A DNA stretch of 64,000 nucleotides. It comes from an uncultured Desulfarculus sp. (GTDB lineage Bacteria > Desulfobacterota > Desulfarculia > Desulfarculales > Desulfarculaceae). Under the pieces are notes generated by a model. That model saw only the letters and a program-made list of their open reading frames with translations. It was not told where the DNA came from and did not search any database. How positions within the stretch are numbered: the stretch's first letter is position 1; every line of letters starts with the position of its first letter. The translations under genes and the position numbers were made by a program. The stretch covers positions 896,001 to 960,000 of the forward strand of contig CAXXUK010000002.1 in NCBI GenBank assembly GCA_963665125.2. The letters are read 5' to 3'. Below are positions 40,255 through 63,037 of this stretch, piece by piece.

Positions 40255-40338
40255 CAGAATAGACACCGCGAAGCTAAAATCAGGACTGATCGAGTCAATG
40301 GGTTCGGCTGCGCGGAAAAAATATAAAAGTATGGTTTA

Positions 40339-40415
<77 letters not shown>

Positions 40416-40490
40416 CGAATTGATATAGAGACATTTTCGTCAGTGGCCGGGGTGAATCAATAACGCCGTAAAGCCACAAGGAGTGTCCAG

Positions 40491-41690
<1,200 letters not shown>

Positions 41691-41703
41691 GAAGGGGCAT
41701 CCC

Positions 41704-41856
41704 ATGCCCAGGGATATAATACATCTGGTGTGCCAGGACTGTAAGCGCAAGAACTACACCACGACCAAGAACAAGCGCCGGACTCCGGACAAACTGGAGT
41801 TCAAGAAATACTGCAGGTTCTGTGGTCAACACACGGTGCACCGCGAAGGTAAGTAA
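41704..41856 (+). CDS. rpmG: 50S ribosomal protein L33 (Zn-binding form); below the ORF-track size cutoff
   Basis: [50 protein letters not shown]. Confidence 0.97.
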   Translation: MPRDIIHLVCQDCKRKNYTTTKNKRRTPDKLEFKKYCRFCGQHTVHREGK

Positions 41857-41868
41857 GGTTTAAAATGC

Positions 41869-41945
41869 AGGCCTGTGGCTCAATTGGCTAGAGCGCCGGA
41901 CTCCAAATCCGAAGGCTGGGGGTTCGAGTCCCTCCAGGCCTGCCA
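41869..41945 (+). tRNA. tRNA-Trp (CCA)
   Basis: AGGCCTG acceptor, CTCCAAA loop, G73, CCA; usual position before secE. Confidence 0.95.
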
Positions 41946-42122
41946 TTTTAAAACTTTTCTCACACGAGGGGCCGTGGCTTCCAACGGGGGGAGGCAAAAC
42001 GGCTAAAGTGAGTATAAGAGCTAAAGAGCCAAAATCGTCTGACCGCGCCAGTTGATGGCGGGGATAGGGCGGTTTTGGTCTTTGTGCCGGGTCCCGTATA
42101 GCCAAGGTGGACAGCCGCTGAT

Positions 42123-42503
42123 ATGGCCAATAAAAAGAGCAAAGACAATAGCCGGGCCGAAAAGCCCAAGGCCGCGATAAAACCCGAAAAGGCAGCAGGC
42201 AAGGCGCCGGTTGCCGCCAAGGGAAAGCAGGCTGCCAAGGCCAAGAACGTGCAGGCCGGCGGCAAGAAGTCGGCCAAGGCGGCTGCCAAGGAAAACGGCA
42301 AGGGTGGTCCCGCCCAGTGGTGGGAAGATTCCGTGCAGTTTCTGCGTGAGGTGCGCAATGAGCTGAAGAAGGTCGTCTGGCCTTCCAAGAAGCAGACCAT
42401 CTCCAGCACCAGCGTGGTCCTGATCCTGGTGGCGATCGTTTCAGCCTACTTGGGCGTGGTCGACTATATATTGTCCCACGTAGTGGGCTACGTCGTCGGT
42501 TGA
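42123..42503 (+). CDS. secE: Preprotein translocase SecE
   Basis: [16 protein letters not shown] plus one TM segment. Confidence 0.92.
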   Translation: MANKKSKDNSRAEKPKAAIKPEKAAGKAPVAAKGKQAAKAKNVQAGGKKSAKAAAKENGKGGPAQWWEDSVQFLREVRNELKKVVWPSKKQTISSTSVVLILVAIVSAYLGVVDYILSHVVGYVVG

Positions 42504-42525
42504 TAATGAAAGGTTTCGGTGCGTA

Positions 42526-43059
42526 GTGGCCAAAAAATGGTACATCGTCCACACCTATTCAGGGTTTGAAAACAAGGTGCGCGATTCCTTGCAAGAGAGA
42601 ATCAAGTCGCACGGCCTGGAGGAGTATTTCGGCCAGGTGCTTGTGCCCATGGAAAAGGTGGTGGAGATGGTCAAGGGCCAGAGGCGGGAAACGTCGCGCA
42701 AGTTCTATCCCGGCTATATCATGGTCGAGATGGAAATGAACGACGAGACCTGGCACCTGGTCAAGGATACGGCCAAGGTCACCGGTTTTGTGGGCGGCAC
42801 GGAGACTGATCCGACGCCGATAAGCGAAGAAGAGGCCCAACGCGTGGTCAGCCAGATGCAGGAAGGGACCAAGGCCCCACGGCCCAAGTTCAGCTTCCAT
42901 GAAGGCGACGAAGTGCGCGTTATAGACGGCCCATTCAATAATTTCAGCGGCACGGTGGAAGAGGTAAACCCGGAGAAGGGAAAACTCAGGGTTCTCATCA
43001 GCATCTTCGGTCGTGCGACTCCAGTCGAACTGGAATTTGTGCAAGTAACAAAGATATAA
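42526..43059 (+). CDS. nusG: Transcription factor NusG
   Basis: [34 protein letters not shown]. Confidence 0.98.
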   Translation: MAKKWYIVHTYSGFENKVRDSLQERIKSHGLEEYFGQVLVPMEKVVEMVKGQRRETSRKFYPGYIMVEMEMNDETWHLVKDTAKVTGFVGGTETDPTPISEEEAQRVVSQMQEGTKAPRPKFSFHEGDEVRVIDGPFNNFSGTVEEVNPEKGKLRVLISIFGRATPVELEFVQVTKI

Positions 43060-43167
43060 CGCGCCGGGCTGCGGCGTAATATCGCGCCGACAGTGGGGCC
43101 CTCGACAGGGCCGGACCGGACGCGGAGCCGGGGACTTATAGAGCCTCGGCGACATCGGAGAACAACA

Positions 43168-43590
43168 ATGGCCAAAAAAGTCGTCGCCAATATCAAGCTG
43201 CATATCCCTGCAGGCAAGGCCAACCCGAGCCCTCCCGTGGGCCCGGCATTGAGCCCTCATGGCGCCAACATCATGGAGTTCTGCAAGGCGTTTAACGCCC
43301 GTACGCAGGGCCAGGGTGACACGATCATCCCGGTGGTGATTTCCGTCTACGCCGACCGCAGCTTCAGCTTCATCACCAAGACTCCGCCGGCGGCAGTACT
43401 TTTGCGCCAGGCGGCCAAGGTGCCCAAGGGCAGCGGAACCCCCAACACCGAAAAGGTGGGCAAGGTTACCAAGGCTCAGGTCGAAGAAATCGCCAAGTTG
43501 AAGATGACCGACCTCAATACCAAGGATCTGGATGCGGCCATGAAGACCATCGCGGGCACCGCGCGGTCCATGGGTCTGGAAGTAGTCTAG
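43168..43590 (+). CDS. rplK: 50S ribosomal protein L11
   Basis: [14 protein letters not shown]; start ATG 43168. Confidence 0.98.
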   Translation: MAKKVVANIKLHIPAGKANPSPPVGPALSPHGANIMEFCKAFNARTQGQGDTIIPVVISVYADRSFSFITKTPPAAVLLRQAAKVPKGSGTPNTEKVGKVTKAQVEEIAKLKMTDLNTKDLDAAMKTIAGTARSMGLEVV

Positions 43591-43679
43591 CAACCAGTTC
43601 GCATCACAGTGAGTTTTGCCCGTGGAGGCCTGGCCAGGCCGGAAGTACACGGGGCTCCGAAAAATAATGGAGGCTTATC

Positions 43680-44390
43680 ATGGCCAAGCATGGAAAGAAA
43701 TTTTACTCGGCCCGTGAAAAAGTTGACCGCAATGAGCGCTACAGCTTTGAGGGTGGCCTGGGTGCCGTTCTGGGCGCCAAATACGCTACCTTCGACGAAT
43801 CGGTGGACGCCGCTGTCCGCCTGGGCGTCGACCCCCGCCACGCCGACCAGATGGTCCGCGGCACCGTAGTTCTGCCTCACGGCACCGGCAAGACCGTCCG
43901 CGTTGCGGTATTTGCCAAGGGCGAAAAAGAGCAGGAAGCCAAGGACGCCGGCGCCGATGTCGTGGGCGCCGAGGAACTGGCCGAAAAGATACAGGGCGGC
44001 TGGCTGGAGTTTGACCGTTGCGTGGCCACCCCCGATATGATGGCCCTAGTCGGCAAGCTGGGCCGTGTCCTGGGCCCGCGCGGCATGATGCCCAACACCA
44101 AGACCGGTACGGTCACCTTTGAACTGGAAAAGGCCATCAAGGAAATCAAGGCCGGTAAGATCCAGTTCCGCGTTGACAAGGCCGGCATTATCCACGCCCC
44201 CATCGGCAAGACCAGCTTTGGCGTGGAAAAGCTCAAGGAAAACCTCGAAGCTCTGGTGGAAAAGCTGGTAAAGATGAAACCGGCAGCCGCCAAGGGCACC
44301 TATGTAAAGGGTATTACGTTGTCTTCGACCATGGGCCCGGGCGTCAAGATCGACACCGGCGAAGTCAAGACAATGATGATTAGCAAGTAG
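43680..44390 (+). CDS. rplA: 50S ribosomal protein L1
   Basis: [27 protein letters not shown]. Confidence 0.98.
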   Translation: MAKHGKKFYSAREKVDRNERYSFEGGLGAVLGAKYATFDESVDAAVRLGVDPRHADQMVRGTVVLPHGTGKTVRVAVFAKGEKEQEAKDAGADVVGAEELAEKIQGGWLEFDRCVATPDMMALVGKLGRVLGPRGMMPNTKTGTVTFELEKAIKEIKAGKIQFRVDKAGIIHAPIGKTSFGVEKLKENLEALVEKLVKMKPAAAKGTYVKGITLSSTMGPGVKIDTGEVKTMMISK

Positions 44391-44458
44391 CAGGTTCGAG
44401 CGATAGCCCGTTTAAAAACGGGCTGTTTATATAAGTGGTTCTGGGCCTGCCCGGATCA

Positions 44459-44517
44459 GAGACAGCGGGTGGCGGTAAAACGCCGTAATGGACCTTCACG
44501 GTGCGCCCGCCGAGACA
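44459..44517 (+). promoter_or_regulatory. L10 leader (rplJL autoregulatory RNA), core
   Basis: GAGACAGCGGGTG...TAA...CCCGCCGAG pattern upstream of rplJ. Confidence 0.65.
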
Positions 44518-44606
44518 CACAGGGCAGGCGGCGCGATTTATCGCGGCGTAGGCAAAGTGGTCTTTGAGAAAAGGCCGGGTCCAGGCGTCAAAAGTAAGGA
44601 GAGGAC

Positions 44607-45128
44607 GTGAAGCGTAGCGAAAAAGAAGCTCTGGTCCAGGATATGGCAGAGCGCTTTGGTCGCGCGCGGGCGGTGTTCCTGACGGACTTCCGTGGTCTCA
44701 AAGTTGAGCAGATGACCGAACTGCGGGCTCAGCTCAAAGAAAAAGACCTGGAATACAAAGTCCTGAAGAACACCTTGATCAAGCTCGCGGCCCAGGGCAC
44801 TCAGGCTGAATCACTGGTCGAAGGGCTCGACGGCCCCAACGGTGTGGCCATCAGCTACGAGGATCCGGTGGAACTGGCCAAGACCCTCAAGGATTTTGCC
44901 AAGACCAACGACAAGCTGGTAATCAAATCCGGCCTCGTTGAAGGCAAACCTGTTGGGGCGGACCAGGTCGAAGCCCTGGCCAAGCTGCCCGGCAAGGAGC
45001 AGCTGCTGGCAATGCTGCTGGGCGCCATGAACGGCGTGCCTCGCAATGCCGTGTCGGTCTTGGCTCAGATTATCCGGGGCCTTGTAAATGTGCTCAAGGC
45101 TATCGAAGAACAAAAAGAAGCCGCCTAG
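44607..45128 (+). CDS. rplJ: 50S ribosomal protein L10
   Basis: DFRGL, VLKNTL, LAKLP; GTG start. Confidence 0.97.
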   Translation: MKRSEKEALVQDMAERFGRARAVFLTDFRGLKVEQMTELRAQLKEKDLEYKVLKNTLIKLAAQGTQAESLVEGLDGPNGVAISYEDPVELAKTLKDFAKTNDKLVIKSGLVEGKPVGADQVEALAKLPGKEQLLAMLLGAMNGVPRNAVSVLAQIIRGLVNVLKAIEEQKEAA

Positions 45129-45198
45129 TAAAAGCGAAATCATCGCGCGAAAGAGGCAGGGCCCATGAGTGGCCCGCCAATAGAAAGGAACCAGTAAA

Positions 45199-45582
45199 AT
45201 GGCCGATATCACCAAAGACGATGTCATTGAATTTATTAAAACTATGAGCGTCCTCGAGCTGTCAGAGCTCGTCAAGGAACTCGAAGAAGTATTCGGTGTC
45301 TCCGCCGCCGCGCCCATGGCCATGGCCGCCATGCCCGTCGCCGGCGCCGGCGAGGCCGCTGCCGAGGAGCAGACCGAGTTCGACGTCATCCTGGAATCCG
45401 CTGGCGACAAGAAGATCGGCGTGATCAAGGTCGTCCGCGCCATCACCGGTCTGGGCCTGAAAGAGGCCAAGGAACTGGTCGACGGCGCTCCCAAGCCGGT
45501 CAAGGAAGCCGTGTCCAAGGAAGAGGCCGAGGACATCAAGAACCAGCTCGAAGAAGCTGGCGCTGTCGTGAACGTGAAGTAG
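45199..45582 (+). CDS. rplL: 50S ribosomal protein L7/L12
   Basis: [27 protein letters not shown]. Confidence 0.98.
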   Translation: MADITKDDVIEFIKTMSVLELSELVKELEEVFGVSAAAPMAMAAMPVAGAGEAAAEEQTEFDVILESAGDKKIGVIKVVRAITGLGLKEAKELVDGAPKPVKEAVSKEEAEDIKNQLEEAGAVVNVK

Positions 45583-45815
45583 GCGCTAAAACGCTTATTT
45601 TGTGCGAGAATAAACTCCTTCCGAATGTCGGGGCCTTTGGCCCCGGCACCGGATGGAGTAAAGAAAATCAATTAGCTCCCCCGGCGGAGCCGGGCCGCTA
45701 ACAGGGGCTGGCGGCCAGGTGCCGTCGTGCGCCCGTTGTTGGGTGCAGACGGGGACTCCAGCCATTACAGGCTGGAGAACGGGCCTTCCCGAGTTGCCCT
45801 CCTCAAGGAGAGTCC

Positions 45816-49985
<4,170 letters not shown>

Positions 49986-50040
49986 TCCAGGGGTACGACG
50001 GATTTTTGTATAGCTGGCCTTTTTAGTAAGGAGATGTCCC

Positions 50041-54171
<4,131 letters not shown>

Positions 54172-54214
54172 ACACCGTATCTGGTAGCCTCTGGCGGGTA
54201 AAACACAATATCAT

Positions 54215-54256
54215 GCCCCGGCGGTCCGATGTGGCCGCCGGGGCTGGTTCTTTTTT
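54215..54256 (+). terminator. Terminator after rpoC
   Basis: GCCCCGGCGGTC...GGCCGCCGGGGC followed by a T-rich tail. Confidence 0.75.
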
Positions 54257-54599
54257 GGGCGGAACAATAAAACAAGTGGACGAAAGCAGTCCTGGCCTGT
54301 ATCTTTTCCGGGCCCTACAGCTAAAAAGCGGTTGAACCGCCAGACCTTGTAATTGCTACAATAATTACATAAAGCCCTTGACAGGGTGAGGTCTTAGCGG
54401 TAGGAATAGCATTTCCAACGGCAGTGCTTCCTCTGATTGTTGTCCTCAGAGAGGACAAGAGGGAAGTTTCGTGTTTTTTGCCGTTGAGAGGGCCCCTCGG
54501 CGAGCGGCCCTTCAAAATCGGATAATGGCAGGCCGTGGGTTGTTTTTTTAATGATTTTTGACCCCGGCGTAAAGGAACGGCAACCCTAGGAGGCGATAG

Positions 54600-54971
54600 T
54601 TGCCCACCATTAATCAATTAGTGCGCATTGGACGGAAACGTCAGCACAAGAAAAGCAATACACCGGCCCTGCAAAATTCCCCTCAAAAACGAGGCGTTTG
54701 CATCCGCGTTTATACCACCACCCCTAAAAAGCCCAACTCGGCTTTGCGCAAGGTGGCCAGGGTTCGTTTGACCAATGGCATCGAAGTGACCAGCTACATT
54801 CCTGGTGAAGGTCACAACTTGCAGGAGCACTCGGTGGTGTTGATTCGCGGCGGCCGTGTCAAGGACCTTCCCGGCGTGCGCTACCACATCATTCGCGGCA
54901 CCTTGGATGCCGTTGGTGTGGAAAACCGCCGCCAGGCCCGTTCGAAATATGGGACCAAACGCCCCAAGTAA
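54600..54971 (+). CDS. rpsL: 30S ribosomal protein S12 (TTG start)
   Basis: [26 protein letters not shown]. Confidence 0.99.
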   Translation: MPTINQLVRIGRKRQHKKSNTPALQNSPQKRGVCIRVYTTTPKKPNSALRKVARVRLTNGIEVTSYIPGEGHNLQEHSVVLIRGGRVKDLPGVRYHIIRGTLDAVGVENRRQARSKYGTKRPK

Positions 54972-55084
54972 CTTGTTTGCTTGGCGGTCGGGCCTATAGT
55001 GGCCTGGCCGTGGCGAGGCCCCTGCTGCTGATGAGAGCTGGGGCTTTACTGTGCGTAGCGTAAGATCATTTACGGAAGAAGGCG

Positions 55085-55555
55085 ATGCCTAGAAGACGCG
55101 AAGTACCCAAACGGGTAGCGATACCTGATGCAAAGTACCACAGCCGTGAAGTGGCTAAGTTCATCAACAAGATCATGCTTGATGGCAAGAAGTCCACGGC
55201 TGAAAACATCATGTACGGCGCCATGGACATTATCCGCGAGCGCACTGGCGAAGACCCGCTGAAGGTTTTCGGCAAGGCCCTGGACAACGTCCGGCCCCAG
55301 ATCGAGGTCAAGAGCCGCCGTGTCGGTGGTTCCACCTATCAGGTTCCGGTTGAGATCCGGCCCGAGCGCCGCCAGTCCCTGGCCATGCGCTGGCTGATCA
55401 ACTTCTCCCGCTCCCGTGGTGAAAAGACCATGGCCAACAAACTGGCCAATGAGTTCATGGACGCCGCCGCCGGTCGCGGGTCCTCGGTAAAGAAAAAAGA
55501 AGACACCCACCGCATGGCCGAGGCCAACAAGGCCTTCGCCCATTACCGCTGGTAG
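55085..55555 (+). CDS. rpsG: 30S ribosomal protein S7
   Basis: [24 protein letters not shown]. Confidence 0.99.
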   Translation: MPRRREVPKRVAIPDAKYHSREVAKFINKIMLDGKKSTAENIMYGAMDIIRERTGEDPLKVFGKALDNVRPQIEVKSRRVGGSTYQVPVEIRPERRQSLAMRWLINFSRSRGEKTMANKLANEFMDAAAGRGSSVKKKEDTHRMAEANKAFAHYRW

Positions 55556-55584
55556 GGTTGGTTTAATTAAGGTTAAGACGAACC

Positions 55585-57693
55585 ATGGCAACGGCAGCTA
55601 AAAACAGCGCGCACCGCAACATAGGCCTGATGGCGCACATCGATGCGGGCAAGACCACCACTACGGAACGGATCTTGTTCTACACCGGCGTGTCCCATCG
55701 TATGGGTGAGGTGCATGACGGCGCCGCTACCATGGACTGGATGGAGCAGGAGCAGGAACGCGGCATCACCATCACCAGCGCTGCCACCACCTGTTTCTGG
55801 AAAGACCACCGCATCAATATTATTGACACGCCGGGCCACGTCGACTTTACCATGGAAGTGGAACGCAGTCTGCGCGTGCTCGATGGTGTTGTGGCGGTCT
55901 TTTGCGCGGTTGGCGGCGTACAGCCCCAGTCCGAAACGGTTTGGCGCCAGGCCGACCGCTACGGCGTGCCGCGTATTGCCTTCATCAACAAGATGGACCG
56001 TATAGGCGCCGACTACCGCCGTTGTGTTGAGCAGATCCAGGCGCGCTTGGGCGCCAATCCGCTGCTGCTTCAGCTTCCTGTGGGAAACGAAGACGAATTC
56101 TGCGGCGTTATCGATCTGATTGACAACCGTATGGTCCGTTTCGGCACCGACGCCTACGGCATGGAATTGAGCTACGAAGATATTCCCGCCGAGATGGCCG
56201 ACCAAGCCGAAGAAGCCCGCGTTTCCGTCATTGAGACCGCCTGCGAATTCGATGACGAGATGATGGAAAGCTACCTCGAAGGCGCCGAGCCAGAGGTCGC
56301 CGACATCAAGGCCGCTCTGCGCAAGGGCGTCCTGGAGATGAAGCTCATACCGGTGCTGGTGGGATCGGCCTTCAAGAACAAGGGTGTGCAAGAGCTGCTG
56401 GACGCGGTAGTTGATTACCTTCCGTCGCCTCAGGAAGCTGTTCAGGCCAAGGGCGTGGACGGCAATGGCGAAACAATCACTTGCCCGGCCGATGAAGATG
56501 CGCCTTTTGCAGCCCTGGCCTTCAAACTTTGGTCCGACCCATATGTGGGGCACCTGACCTTCCTGCGCGTTTATTCCGGCGTTCTTAAAAGCGGCGATAC
56601 CGTATTCAATTCCAGCAAGGGCAAGAACGAGCGTGTTGGCCGCCTGCTACGGATGCACGCCAATGAGCGCGAGGAAGTCAAGGAAATCAAGGCCGGGGGC
56701 ATCGTGGCCGCCGTTGGCCTGAAGCTGACCACCACAGGCGACACCTTGTGCGCCAAGAACCAGTCGATTCAGCTCGAGTCGCTGCATGTTCCCGAACCAG
56801 TGGTCGGCGTGGCAATCGAGCCCGACTCCAAACCCATGGCCGAAAAGCTGGGACAGGCCCTGGGACGAATCGCCGCTGAAGATCCGTCATTCAGGGTCGA
56901 GCGTAACGAAGAGACCAATCAGACCATCATTCGCGGCATGGGTGAACTTCACCTTGAGATCATCGTAGACAGGATCATGCGCGAGTTCAAGGTCGAGGCC
57001 ACGGTGGGCGAGCCCCAGGTTTCCTACCGCGAGGCGATCCAGGACAAGGCAGAGAGCGACACCAAGTACGCCAAGCAGTCCGGCGGCCGCGGCCAGTACG
57101 GTCATGTCAAAATAGAAATGATACCTGGCGAGGCCGGTAGTGGTGTCGTCTTCAACAACAATATTGTTGGCGGTGTCATACCCAAGGAATATATTCGCTC
57201 GGTTGAAGCCGGTATCCGCGACGCAGCCCAAAAAGGCGTGCTGGCCGGATTCCCGGTGGAAGACGTGGAAATCAGCCTAGTGGACGGATCGTACCACGAG
57301 GTCGACTCCTCGGACCGTGCGTTTTTCATTGCCGCTTCCATTGCCTTCAAGGATGCCGCCAAAAAGGCGGGCCTGGGCCTGTTGGAGCCGGTGATGGCAG
57401 TGGAAGTGGTTACGCCCGAAGAATACATGGGTGACGTGATGGGTGACCTCGGAGTGCGCCGCGGAAAGATCCGCGACATCGAGTCTACATCCGGCACGCA
57501 AATCGTCAAAACGCATGTTCCGCTGGCGGCGATGTTCGGCTATGCCGGGGATCTACGTTCGGCTACTCAGGGCCGCGCCACATTTAGTATGGAATTTTCC
57601 CACTACGAACCAGTTCCCGCGGGCCTGGCCGAAGAGGTCATCGAGCGAGTGCAGCGGCAGCGCCGAGGCGACTCCCGCGGCATGGCTGCCTAG
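55585..57693 (+). CDS. fusA: Elongation factor G
   Basis: [38 protein letters not shown]. Confidence 0.98.
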   Translation: MATAAKNSAHRNIGLMAHIDAGKTTTTERILFYTGVSHRMGEVHDGAATMDWMEQEQERGITITSAATTCFWKDHRINIIDTPGHVDFTMEVERSLRVLDGVVAVFCAVGGVQPQSETVWRQADRYGVPRIAFINKMDRIGADYRRCVEQIQARLGANPLLLQLPVGNEDEFCGVIDLIDNRMVRFGTDAYGMELSYEDIPAEMADQAEEARVSVIETACEFDDEMMESYLEGAEPEVADIKAALRKGVLEMKLIPVLVGSAFKNKGVQELLDAVVDYLPSPQEAVQAKGVDGNGETITCPADEDAPFAALAFKLWSDPYVGHLTFLRVYSGVLKSGDTVFNSSKGKNERVGRLLRMHANEREEVKEIKAGGIVAAVGLKLTTTGDTLCAKNQSIQLESLHVPEPVVGVAIEPDSKPMAEKLGQALGRIAAEDPSFRVERNEETNQTIIRGMGELHLEIIVDRIMREFKVEATVGEPQVSYREAIQDKAESDTKYAKQSGGRGQYGHVKIEMIPGEAGSGVVFNNNIVGGVIPKEYIRSVEAGIRDAAQKGVLAGFPVEDVEISLVDGSYHEVDSSDRAFFIAASIAFKDAAKKAGLGLLEPVMAVEVVTPEEYMGDVMGDLGVRRGKIRDIESTSGTQIVKTHVPLAAMFGYAGDLRSATQGRATFSMEFSHYEPVPAGLAEEVIERVQRQRRGDSRGMAA

Positions 57694-57710
57694 AGGAGGA
57701 ACAATAAGTC

Positions 57711-58910
<1,200 letters not shown>

Positions 58911-58961
58911 ACGTTCCCGCCGAAAAGGCGGGTCTTATGATGATTGTGCGGGAGATATCCC

Positions 58962-59273
58962 ATGATCCAAAACCAGAAGATTCGCATCCGGCTCAAAGCC
59001 TATGATCATAGGCTGTTGGACCAAAGTGCAGCCGAGATCGTGGAGACCGCGCGGCGCACTGGTGCGAAAGTAGCGGGGCCGATTCCCCTGCCCACTCGCA
59101 TCAATAAATACACGGTATTGCGTTCGCCGCATATCGACAAAAAGAGCCGCGAACAGTTCGAGGTCCGCACCCACAAGAGGCTGCTGGATATTCTGGAGCC
59201 GACGCAGCAGACCGTGGACGCCCTGATGAAGCTCGACCTGAGCGCGGGTGTTGACGTCGAGATCAAGCTGTAG
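58962..59273 (+). CDS. rpsJ: 30S ribosomal protein S10
   Basis: [16 protein letters not shown]; start ATG 58962. Confidence 0.99.
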   Translation: MIQNQKIRIRLKAYDHRLLDQSAAEIVETARRTGAKVAGPIPLPTRINKYTVLRSPHIDKKSREQFEVRTHKRLLDILEPTQQTVDALMKLDLSAGVDVEIKL

Positions 59274-59290
59274 TCAGTGGGGTGACCGTC

Positions 59291-59914
59291 ATGTTAAAGG
59301 GACTTATTGGTAAAAAAGTGGGCATGACCCGCTTGTTCCTGGAAGAAGGCCGGGCTGTGCCGGTAACGGTGCTCGAGGTCGGACCTTGCCAGGTGGTGCA
59401 GATCAAGACCGAAGAAAAAGACGCTTACAGCGCCTTGCAGCTCGGTTTTGGCACTAAAAAAGAAACGAACACAACCAAGCCGATGAAGGGCCATTTCGCC
59501 GCGGCCGGTGCCGAAAACAAAGCCACGCTGAAAGAATTCCGCGTGGACGACACCGACGAGTTCGAACTGGGCCAGACCATCACCGCCGAGATGTTCCAAA
59601 TGGGCGAAACGGTGCATATCACCGGTAAGACCAAAGGACGCGGTTTCTCGGGCGTGGTCAAGCGTCACGGCTTTGGCGGCGGTCGGGCCACCCACGGTTG
59701 CACGACCCATGACAAACCCGGCTCGATCGGTCAGAGTGCCGACCCGGCGAGGGTCTTGAAGGGCAAACGTATGCCCGGCCGCTATGGCGTGGATCGCACC
59801 CAGGTGCGCAACCTCAAGGTCGTGGACGTTCGTCCCGAGCAAAACCTGGTTGTGGTCAAGGGCGCGGTTCCCGGCCCCAACGGCGGCATCATTCTGATTG
59901 AGAAGGCGGGCTAA
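59291..59914 (+). CDS. rplC: 50S ribosomal protein L3
   Basis: [25 protein letters not shown]; start ATG 59291 or GTG 59282. Confidence 0.98.
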   Translation: MLKGLIGKKVGMTRLFLEEGRAVPVTVLEVGPCQVVQIKTEEKDAYSALQLGFGTKKETNTTKPMKGHFAAAGAENKATLKEFRVDDTDEFELGQTITAEMFQMGETVHITGKTKGRGFSGVVKRHGFGGGRATHGCTTHDKPGSIGQSADPARVLKGKRMPGRYGVDRTQVRNLKVVDVRPEQNLVVVKGAVPGPNGGIILIEKAG

Positions 59915-59931
59915 GCCCGACTGGTGAGAAA

Positions 59932-60552
59932 ATGCCCAAGGTCGATATATACGATGAAATGAAAAAGAAGGTCGGCGAGATCGACTTGTCCGAAGAAGTA
60001 TTCGGCGCCGAGGTCAAGCCCCACCTTCTGCATGAAGTGGTTGTTTGGCAGCTCGCCAAACGCAGGGCCGGTACGGCCAGCGCCAAGACCCGGGCCGAAG
60101 TTCGTGGCGGCGGCCGCAAGCCGTGGCGTCAAAAGGGCACGGGCCGGGCAAGGGTCGGTTCCCGCAACAGCCCCTTGTGGCGGGGTGGAGGCGTCGTCCA
60201 TGGTCCCAAGCCGCGGGATTATGGCTACAACGTGCCCAAGAAAGTCCGTAAGGCCGCACTCTGCAGCGCTCTTTCGGACAAACTGGCCGAGGAGAAGCTG
60301 GACGTCATCAAGGGCTTCGGCCTGGACGAGATCAAGACCAAGGCCTTTGTGGAAGTGCTCAATCGTTTTGACACCGACAATGTCTTGGTGATCGTTCCAG
60401 ACATGGACGAAGTTCTTGAGAAGAGCGCTCGCAACGTGCCAAAGGTTAAGGTGCTTCGTGCCGAGGGCCTCAATGTTTACGACATTCTGCGCTATGACCG
60501 TTTGATGCTCCTGGAGCCCGCGGTCGGGCGGATTGAGGAGGCCTTGTCGTGA
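59932..60552 (+). CDS. rplD: 50S ribosomal protein L4
   Basis: [12 protein letters not shown]. Confidence 0.98.
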   Translation: MPKVDIYDEMKKKVGEIDLSEEVFGAEVKPHLLHEVVVWQLAKRRAGTASAKTRAEVRGGGRKPWRQKGTGRARVGSRNSPLWRGGGVVHGPKPRDYGYNVPKKVRKAALCSALSDKLAEEKLDVIKGFGLDEIKTKAFVEVLNRFDTDNVLVIVPDMDEVLEKSARNVPKVKVLRAEGLNVYDILRYDRLMLLEPAVGRIEEALS

Positions 60553-60839
60553 AAAACCAAAACGATGTTATTCGCAGGCCTCTGATCACCGAGAAAGGCA
60601 CCTTTGCCAAAGAGGAAGACAACCAATTACTCTTCGAGGTTGATCGCAGAGCCAACAAGGTTGAAATCCGCAAGGCGGTTGAAGAATTGTTTGATGTCGA
60701 GGTGCTGAAAGTCCGCACGGTATCAATCAAGGGCAAGACCAAGCGGATGGGCCGCATCATGGGTAAACGCAGCGACAAGAAGAAGGCCTACGTTACTTTG
60801 GCTCCCGGCCATAACGTGGAATTCTTCGAGGGCGCGTAA
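60549..60839 (+). CDS. rplW: 50S ribosomal protein L23
   Basis: PLITEK, ANKVEI, KKAYVTL. Confidence 0.98.
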   Translation: MKNQNDVIRRPLITEKGTFAKEEDNQLLFEVDRRANKVEIRKAVEELFDVEVLKVRTVSIKGKTKRMGRIMGKRSDKKKAYVTLAPGHNVEFFEGA

Positions 60840-60885
60840 ACCTTTGGCCAATTGCGGCAACGGCTAGCTGGAGAGACAGAAGCTC

Positions 60886-61710
60886 ATGGCTATCAAAAAA
60901 TATAAACCAACCTCACCGGGTAGAAGGTTCCAGACGCAACTCGTGCGCGAAGAAGTAACCAAGCACGAGCCTGAAAAAAGCCTTCTGGAGCCCATGAAAA
61001 AAACCGGTGGGCGAAACAACTACGGCCGTGTCACCGCCCGTCATCGCGGTGGAGGACACAAGCGCCAGTACCGCCGAATCGACTTCAAGCGGGAGAAGTA
61101 CGGCATTCCCGCCAAGGTCGCAGGCATCGAATACGATCCCAACCGTTCGGCCAACATCGCCCTGCTGCACTATCAGGACGGCGAGAAGCGATACATCCTG
61201 GCCCCCAAGGGCCTCAAGGTTGACGATGTGATCGTAAGCGATTTCAAGGCTGACATCCGGCCTGGCAACGCCATGCCTTTGGAGTCGATGCCTTTGGGTA
61301 CGCTTTTGCACAACGTCGAGCTCAAAATCGGCGGCGGCGCCCAAATGGTGCGTAGCGCCGGTACATACGCGCAGCTCATGGCCAAGGAAGGCGAATACGC
61401 CATTCTGAAGCTGCCTTCGGGCGAAATGCGTAAAGTGCACCGCAAGTGCCGGGCCACAGTAGGCCAGGTGGGCAACGAACAGTACGAGAACGTCAGCCTG
61501 GGTAAGGCCGGTCGTACTCGCTGGCTGGGCAAGCGGCCTCGGGTCCGTGGTGTGGCAATGAACCCTGTCGACCACCCGATGGGTGGTGGCGAAGGCAAGA
61601 GCAGTGGTGGCCGTCACCCCTGCAGCCCGTGGGGTATGCCCGCCAAGGGCTTCCGCACCCGCAAGAAGAAGCCTTCGGACAAATTCATCGTCCGCCGGCG
61701 CACCAAGTAG
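60886..61710 (+). CDS. rplB: 50S ribosomal protein L2
   Basis: [23 protein letters not shown]. Confidence 0.99.
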   Translation: MAIKKYKPTSPGRRFQTQLVREEVTKHEPEKSLLEPMKKTGGRNNYGRVTARHRGGGHKRQYRRIDFKREKYGIPAKVAGIEYDPNRSANIALLHYQDGEKRYILAPKGLKVDDVIVSDFKADIRPGNAMPLESMPLGTLLHNVELKIGGGAQMVRSAGTYAQLMAKEGEYAILKLPSGEMRKVHRKCRATVGQVGNEQYENVSLGKAGRTRWLGKRPRVRGVAMNPVDHPMGGGEGKSSGGRHPCSPWGMPAKGFRTRKKKPSDKFIVRRRTK

Positions 61711-61722
61711 GGGAGACTGCAC

Positions 61723-62001
61723 ATGCCGCGTAGTTTGAAAAAAGGACCTTTCGTCGATGGTCACCTGTCCCAAAAAGTCGGTCAGGCCATCGATACCGGT
61801 AGCCGCAAGGTCATCAAGACTTGGAGCAGGCGTTCGACGATTATGCCCGAGTTCGTAGGATTGACTTTTGCGGTGCATAACGGCAAAAAATTTGTCCCGG
61901 TGTTTGTGACCGAGAACATGGTCGGACACAAGCTGGGCGAATTCTCGCCGACGCGCACCTACTACGGCCATGCCGCCGACAAGAAGGGCAAGAAGAGGTA
62001 G
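61723..62001 (+). CDS. rpsS: 30S ribosomal protein S19
   Basis: [17 protein letters not shown]. Confidence 0.99.
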   Translation: MPRSLKKGPFVDGHLSQKVGQAIDTGSRKVIKTWSRRSTIMPEFVGLTFAVHNGKKFVPVFVTENMVGHKLGEFSPTRTYYGHAADKKGKKR

Positions 62002-62009
62002 AGGGCATT

Positions 62010-62342
62010 ATGGAAGCCACAGCAAAAGCTAAATTTGTGCGCATCTCGCCCCGTAAAGCCCGTCTGGTAGCTGACGCAGTTAGGGGTATGCGCGTAGAAG
62101 AAGCTCTGAACAAGCTGAAGTTCACGCCGAAAAAGGCCGCGGGCCTGGTGTCTAAGGTTATCGCCAGCGCGGTGGCCAATGCCACAAACGAAAGCAACGT
62201 CAACGTCGACAAACTGTACGTGAAGGCTGCTTTCGTCGATGGCGGACCGACCCTGAAGCGGTGGCGCCCCCGGGCCATGGGCAGAGCTTTTATTATCAGA
62301 AAACGGACCAGCCACATCACCGTGGTTGTGGCCGAGCGTTAA
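62010..62342 (+). CDS. rplV: 50S ribosomal protein L22
   Basis: [22 protein letters not shown]. Confidence 0.99.
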   Translation: MEATAKAKFVRISPRKARLVADAVRGMRVEEALNKLKFTPKKAAGLVSKVIASAVANATNESNVNVDKLYVKAAFVDGGPTLKRWRPRAMGRAFIIRKRTSHITVVVAER

Positions 62343-62352
62343 GGAGACCTGG

Positions 62353-63012
62353 ATGGGACAGAAAGTACACCCGATAGGTTTCAGGCTGGGAGTGATCCGC
62401 ACCTGGGATTCCCGGTGGTTTGCCAGCAAGCGCGATTACTCGGCGTTGGTGTTTGAGGATTACAAAATCCGCAAATACTTGAAGAAAAAGCTCTTCAACG
62501 CCGGTGTTCCCAAGATTGAGATCGAGCGCGCGGCCAACAAGGCAAAGATCCGTATCCACGCGGCCAGGCCTGGAATCGTCATCGGCAAAAAAGGCGCCGA
62601 GATCGAGATCATCAAAAAAGACCTGGAAAAGCTGATCAAGCGTGAGGTCATGCTGGATATCCACGAAGTGCGCAAGCCCGAAGTGGACGCCCAGTTGGTT
62701 GCCGAAGGCGTGGCCAGCCAGCTTATCAGGCGCATCGCCTTCCGCAGGGCCATGAAACGTGCCGTGACTTCGGCCATGAGACTTGGCGCCCAGGGCATTC
62801 GTATCCAGTGCGCCGGCCGGTTGGGCGGCGCTGAAATGGCCCGCCGCGAGTGGTACCGCGAAGGCCGCGTGCCTCTGCACACGCTGCGCGCCGATATCGA
62901 CTATGGCTTTGCCGAAGCCCGCACCACCTACGGAATCATTGGTATCAAGGTGTGGATCTTCAAGGGCGAGGTTATCGAAGAGAAGGACAAGACTCAGGCG
63001 CAGGCCTCCTAG
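62353..63012 (+). CDS. rpsC: 30S ribosomal protein S3
   Basis: [27 protein letters not shown]; start ATG 62353. Confidence 0.99.
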   Translation: MGQKVHPIGFRLGVIRTWDSRWFASKRDYSALVFEDYKIRKYLKKKLFNAGVPKIEIERAANKAKIRIHAARPGIVIGKKGAEIEIIKKDLEKLIKREVMLDIHEVRKPEVDAQLVAEGVASQLIRRIAFRRAMKRAVTSAMRLGAQGIRIQCAGRLGGAEMARREWYREGRVPLHTLRADIDYGFAEARTTYGIIGIKVWIFKGEVIEEKDKTQAQAS

Positions 63013-63037
63013 GGCCCGCTTGGAAAGGCATAGATAA

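Noticed and set aside
54600..54971. Streptomycin- or rifampicin-resistance substitutions in rpsL/rpoB
   Set aside because: PKKPNS, RVKDLP and the RpoB cluster I segment look wild type.
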